Source: Jimgerdemannia flammicorona
Lineage: Eukaryota
Assembly (NCBI GenBank): GCA_003990765.1
Contig: RBNJ01000108.1
Location: 1-41,347, forward strand
Length of the DNA: 41,347 nt
Direction: 5' to 3'
Position 1 is the first letter of the stretch. Each line of letters begins with the position of its first letter. A program made the translations under genes and the position numbers. Shown one piece after another: positions 36,241 to 41,347 of the stretch. Below the pieces are notes generated by a model, which searched no databases, had not been told where the DNA came from, and worked only from the letters and a program-made list of their open reading frames with translations.

Positions 36241-39200
36241 AGACAATTGCAAAACCTCTGCCTATGCAACATATCAAATTGAAGATAGAGTCTTCAAAGC
36301 CATCATCGATACTGGAGCAGGAGGATGTCTCCTTAGCAAGAAAGCAGCAGACTGCCTAGACTGAGAAGTCAAAGAAGTAACCAAGTTGGTTTTTATCACA
36401 GCAGATAGTACAAGAGCCACCCCTCTGGGAAAGATCCGAGAAGTCCCCATTAAGATTGGAGGAACAACCATCCCAGTAGATGTAATCATAACCAATGCCA
36501 CTAACTATGATATCCTCATCAGCAATCAATGGCTTCACAAAGCCAGGGCAGTAATTGATCTCAATACTCAGAAGATGCAAATCACCTACCGGGGACAGAA
36601 GATATGAATTCCCATCAATGTCAACAAAGGAGCCTTGTCTGACATGGAGGAAGAAGAGAGCAAGCAAGAGAAAGCTTATATAGTGACTACTCTGAAGAAG
36701 AAAGTTAGACAGATGAGTGAAGAAGAATGGTATAAGAAGATCACAGAAGGCTATATACCACAAGGAGTCTGTTCTCATGGGATCAAGATGTACTGTATGG
36801 AGCATGTCAATGATTGCTACCAGTGCACCATCAGAATCAAGAAAATCCACCAGGAAAGAAGACAGAAAGCTCTCGAAAAACAGGTCAGAGAAGAGAAGGA
36901 GGAGGAAAATGATGAACCACTAGCCCTCCTGAAGGATAGTAATGATGAAGAAGAAATTAAGGTCAAGATCCGAAGGACCCACCCTGATGCAGTCTTGCCA
37001 GAATACAAGTCGGAAAATGCAGCTAGAATGGACATTGCCATAGTAGATGAAGCTGTACTAGAACCCCAAACAACCACCCTACTTGCAACTGGACTGAAAA
37101 TGACTATCCCAAAGGAACATGTCAGGATCCTTAAGACAAGAAGCAGCCTGGCCAGAAGTGAAATTATGATTGAAGGAGGAGTCATCGATTCTGACTATAC
37201 TGGAGAAATCCTGCTCATTGCTAGGAATCACAATCCTACAATCTCATTCTCAGTCAAGAAGAGGGACCGATTGGCACAGATGTTGATCTTCCCAATCCTA
37301 CAACCAAGGATTATAGAAGTCAAGAATTTGGAGGAAATGAAAAGAGGAAAAAAAGGATTCAGATCCACAGGAAGAGGAGTATTTGCCAGTACCAAGATCA
37401 CTGAACTGGAGCATAAGAAGGAGGAAATCACAAACAAGCACAGTTATATCATTGGAAATGAATTTCTACTCAAAGAGGAACTCAAGAAAATACTCCATGA
37501 ATTTGAAGATATCCTCACCATGGATTTCAAGGATATCAAGGAAAAGACTCCACACTACTATCATGAGGTAGATACCGGAGATACTGAACCAATTTACCAG
37601 AAGGCAAGACCTGTCCCACCAGCCTACTGAGAATGGCTCAGAGAAGAAATCAAGTGGATGGAAGAAGCTGGTATTATCAAAGAAGCCAGCAGCCCCTAGT
37701 CTTCACCAGTTGTACTAGCTCCCAAAAAAGGAAGCAAACCTGGAGAATTCACCCCAAGACTCTGTGTCAACTACAGAAAGCTCAATGTAGTTACCAAGAA
37801 GGATCACCAATCACTGCCCCTCATCAGTGACATCCTTATAACACTGGGAGACAAAGCACAGTACTACAGTACCTTAGACTTATACTCAGGATTCCACCAA
37901 ATTGGACTCACAGAGATGGCAAGTGAAAAGTCAGCCTTCATCACCCCAGATAGAACCTACATATACCTACGAATGCCGTTTGGGATGTGCAATGCACCAG
38001 CAAGCTTTCAGTGAATAATGAATAAAATCTTCCACTATGATATGGAAAGATGGATAATGGTCTATGTTGATGATATAATCATCTACAGCAAGACACCTGA
38101 GGAACACCTGCAGTACATATGGTAGATAATAGAAAGACTGAGAAAGCATGGCCTATATATCAAGCCCAAGAAATGCAAATTTGCAGAAATTGAGATCTCC
38201 TACCTTGGCCATATTATCAATCAAGATAGAATATAAATGGACCCCCTCAAGATACAAACAGTAGCAGCATACCCAAGGCCCACCACCATTACAGAAGCCC
38301 AAGCCTTCATGGGACTCGCCTCCTACTATCGCAGATTTATCAGAGGATTCTTCAATATTACAGGTCCAATCTATGAACTCAACAAGAAGGACACTAAATT
38401 CAACTGGACTGGCAGACAACAAAAAGCATTTGATGAACTCAAGGTCAGACTGACTCAGGCACCCATTCTGAGACAACCCAATTGGACTCAAGAGTTTATC
38501 CTTCAGACAGACACAAGTGCACAAGAACTAGGAGTAGTTCTAGCTCAAAAGGAAGACAAAAAAGAGTATGTCATTACATACCTTAGCCATAGAACCTGAG
38601 GAGGTGAAAAAGAATACAAATCCTACAAGTTGGAATGTCTTGCAGTCATTTGGGCTGTGGAAAAGTTCCACTACTATCTGGCTGGAAGACACTTCACCAT
38701 TCAGATGGACTACTCAGCTCTCACCTAGCTACTGACAACTGGACAACTCAAAGGAATCTACACCAGATGGATAATGAAGTTACAAGTCTATGATGTAACC
38801 ATTGTACACTTCCCTGGAAGAACAAATTCCAATGCAGATGCTCTCTCACAGATACCTTAAAACACCTCCAACCAACAAATCAATTATAAATAAGGAGCTC
38901 TACTATGGAATCATCACATATCTGAGACAGCAAAAGATGCCCCAATATCTGGAAGAATGGATGCAAACAATTATCAACAGAACATAGAAACAATTCAAAA
39001 CTGATGGACAAATACTGAAGAAAGGAAAACTACTGGTCATATCAGAATATAAGAAGGAGCAAGCAATGAAATCAGTACATGAACTTGGCCATCTAGGAGG
39101 AATGAATATATGTATATGATAAGACAAGAAGAATGATATAGTGGCTAGGAATGGAGAAAGATATCAGACAATTTGTCAAAACCTGCGATAAATGCCAGAA

Positions 39201-40092
39201 ACAGAAACAAGACTAACAAAACCAAGCCCCAGGATCAGCACATATAGAACCAGTACCATTTTCCCATATAGCAATAGATGTAATTGGGCCTCTACCCTTG
39301 ACCCTGACTGGCAACTGATATATCATTATCATTGTAGACCTTTTTATGAAGTAGATAGAAGCAGGACCTCTCAAGGAAGCCAATGCACAGTCAATTTCTG
39401 ATTTCTTCCACAAAGAAATCATCTGCTGGTTCAAGACCCCAATGCAAGTAACTACAGATAGAGGAACAGAATTTGTGAACCAGTTCTTTGAGATTCTCTA
39501 TAAGAAGTACAAGATCCAGTACATTCAGACTACAGCCTATTACTCTTAAGGAAATGGATAAGCAGAAAGGACCAACAAGACCCTCAAGAATGTTATTGCC
39601 AAGATCTGTGATAACTATAAAAACTAGGATCACTATCTGCCAATAGCATTATCTGCTCTCTGAGATATCAGATCACAAAGTACCCACTTTACCCCTTGAG
39701 AAATACTGTTTGGAGAAGAAAGTTCTCAAGAAACCCTATCACCCAATGGAGATACTGTATGGAAACATATGGATAGAGAAATATGGAGACTATACCAAAT
39801 CAGGAAGAAGGTTGAGGATTACATAATGAAGACACAGGTACTACAATGGAAGAATGCAGAAAAAACCCACAAATCCTTAGAGATTATCAAGATAGGAGAT
39901 AAAGTCCTGGTGTATCAGAACATAGTAAAAGCCTCATGGTCATGAAAACTGGAGCCCAAGTGGGAAGGACCTTACCTTGTGCAAGATATAAAAGGAACCA
40001 CCTTTTGGCTACGAAAACTCTCAGGCACAATCATCCCCACTACCATCTATTGAAACTAACTCAAGAAGTACCATGACCAGTCAATGAAGTAA
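36241..40092 (+). pseudogene. pol: pol of element C: PR, Cys/His module, dUTPase, RT, RNase H, integrase
   Basis: AIIDTGAGGCL; RLCVNYRKLN; MPFGMCNAPASFQ; VYVDDIII; FMGLASYYRRFI; LQTDTSAQELG; AIDVIGPLP; LEPKWEGPY. Confidence 0.94.
36955..37380 (+). pseudogene. dut: dUTPase domain between protease and RT of C
   Basis: AARMDIA..TRSSLARSEIMIEGGVIDSDYTGEI..DRLAQML..RGKKGFRSTG. Confidence 0.93.
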
Positions 40093-40534
40093 TACTGCCA
40101 CCCTCAGAATTACTAGTACAGCTCAGCAAGCCATTGAAAGATAGTGGTGTTCGACTGAGCCACCAACAATGGAAGAATCCTTTGACAGCATCCAGAGTAT
40201 AGTGCAAACACACTTATCACAAATCTCACATTTCAAGGCCTACCAGAACCAAACCGAGTTCCAGGAATACTTCAAGTTGAGACAGCTACTGAATTCAAGA
40301 CTGAAGATGGGAAAAGAAGACTAGATCAGAGAATGTCAGCTCTCCTATACTCAGATCACAATTGCAAAAAGAGTGCACAAGTTATTCAAAGACAATGAGT
40401 CAGTCTTAGCCCATTTCCAAGGAGTAACCCCAGGAGACTTTGGATATGTCAAGAGACAACATTGGAAGGACATAATGATATAAATCATACAGTATAAGGA
40501 AATACAAATTGTAGAAGCCTGGGAATTCGAGTGA
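40073..40534 (+). pseudogene. Accessory ORF3 of C at the env position (~153 codons, 4 internal stops; not in the ORF track)
   Basis: Manual translation MTSQ*SNTATLRITSTAQQAIER*WCSTEPPTMEESFDSIQSIVQTHLSQISHFKAYQNQTEFQEYFKLRQLL...QITIAKRVHKLFKDNESVLAHFQGVTPGDFGYVKRQHWKDIM; motifs align with the LTR ORFs of A and B. Confidence 0.72.
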
Positions 40535-40575
40535 ATAGGATGCTCCTGAGATGAATCACCTATTCAGGAGGAAGA

Positions 40576-41041
40576 TGTGATAGCTGATCCAAATTAGTAA
40601 CATGAAACAGGGGAATTAGACATTTGATCATGGTACCTGAATCCAATTCCCAATATAGCTTAGCCTCATAAATAGCAGCCATATTCCACAAAGTGCTGAA
40701 ACTTTAACATTTGCAAAGATTTAGGAGATGTTAGAATCTTTGCGATCAGTGAAATCTTAGCAGATGTTAAAAGATTCAACACTTGTGAAATGAGCCATTA
40801 CTTAGCCACCTTATAGTTAGCAAAACTTGTATAAATAACCCAGTATCTTAGAGTGAATAAACCTCAGATTGAAATAGTTCAAAAGCAAAGAGATAGCAAA
40901 GGAACTAGTAAGCCCATGGGCAGATACACTTCAAACTCATCCACCCCTGCATCCCAAGGACTCCAAGGAGTCAGAGAAGATCAAGTATTCAAGATACAGA
41001 AATCTGACGTACTTTCAAGAGTAAGCGTCTGCTACGTTACA
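40576..41041 (+). repeat. 3' LTR of element C
   Basis: Follows PPT aggaggaaga; direct repeat of 34324-34789. Confidence 0.96.
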
Positions 41042-41347
41042 CTGCTAACGTTAGACCCACAAGAGTGTTCGGAGTTTCGTGTACTATACATCCCCCTTCC
41101 GTCTGTGGGATCTGTAGGTGGTAACATGTGGTATAAACCTGATCGATGGGTATCAACGGAGAAACCGGTGGAGCAATTACGTACAATCGTTTAACGCATC
41201 AGGGTTGCGCATTTGCAACATGCAAGTCAATGCGATTGTTCCGTTTGGTGGAGGGACTTTGGGATTGTTGTCTCGATAAGTCGTGTTTGCAAGACTGATA
41301 TTGTACTTTAGGGAACAGAAGGTGGATGCCTGCAGGTTGTGAAAAAA
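41042..41347 (-). CDS. Upstream exons of the host gene interrupted by element C
   Basis: Exon 41111-41042 (IPQTEGGCIVHETPNTLVGLTLA) joins in frame to 34168 (VALPVNYNNSWK) once C and the 151-nt intron are removed; GTACGT donor and CTACAG acceptor upstream, but the phase of that earlier exon does not fit. Confidence 0.4.

Larger units (their letters stand above)
34324..41041 (+). mobile_element. Element C: complete Ty3/gypsy LTR retrotransposon related to B, with dUTPase, inactivated
   Basis: 466-bp LTRs TGT...ACA; 4-bp TSD CTGC (34320-34323 and 41042-41045); PBS 34793-34805; PPT 40566-40575; gag-CCHC-PR-dUTPase-RT(YVDD)-RH-IN. Confidence 0.97.

Overview
Eukaryotic repeat-rich DNA, probably from an early-diverging fungus such as Mucoromycota (inferred from spliceosomal introns, TE families and CpG decay). 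About 35 kb is nested, mutationally inactivated retrotransposon. Element A (8-9270, +) is a chromodomain Ty3/gypsy with 2-kb LTRs. It is inserted 5 bp inside the end of element B (9271-17989, -), a non-chromodomain Ty3/gypsy. Two more B-family LTRs (19113-20636 solo, 21018-22093 truncated) lie in or next to a very decayed Ty1/copia relic. A near full-length L1/Tx1-like LINE spans 22094-27966. Element C (34324-41041, +, TSD CTGC), a complete B-related Ty3/gypsy, sits at a splice donor of a host gene. Region 27967-34323 is CpG-normal host DNA carrying gene relics. Main finding: all three gypsy elements share an accessory toolkit. (1) A homologous uncharacterised ORF3 (YxIGxLL...AxKxxxLF motif) lies inside the U3 of the LTR, behind its own TATA/AP-1-like promoter, in A and B, and at the env position in C. 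(2) All carry a dUTPase, at two different polyprotein positions. (3) A small Cys/His module is always adjacent to the dUTPase. Alignments and translations outside the ORF track were done by eye.
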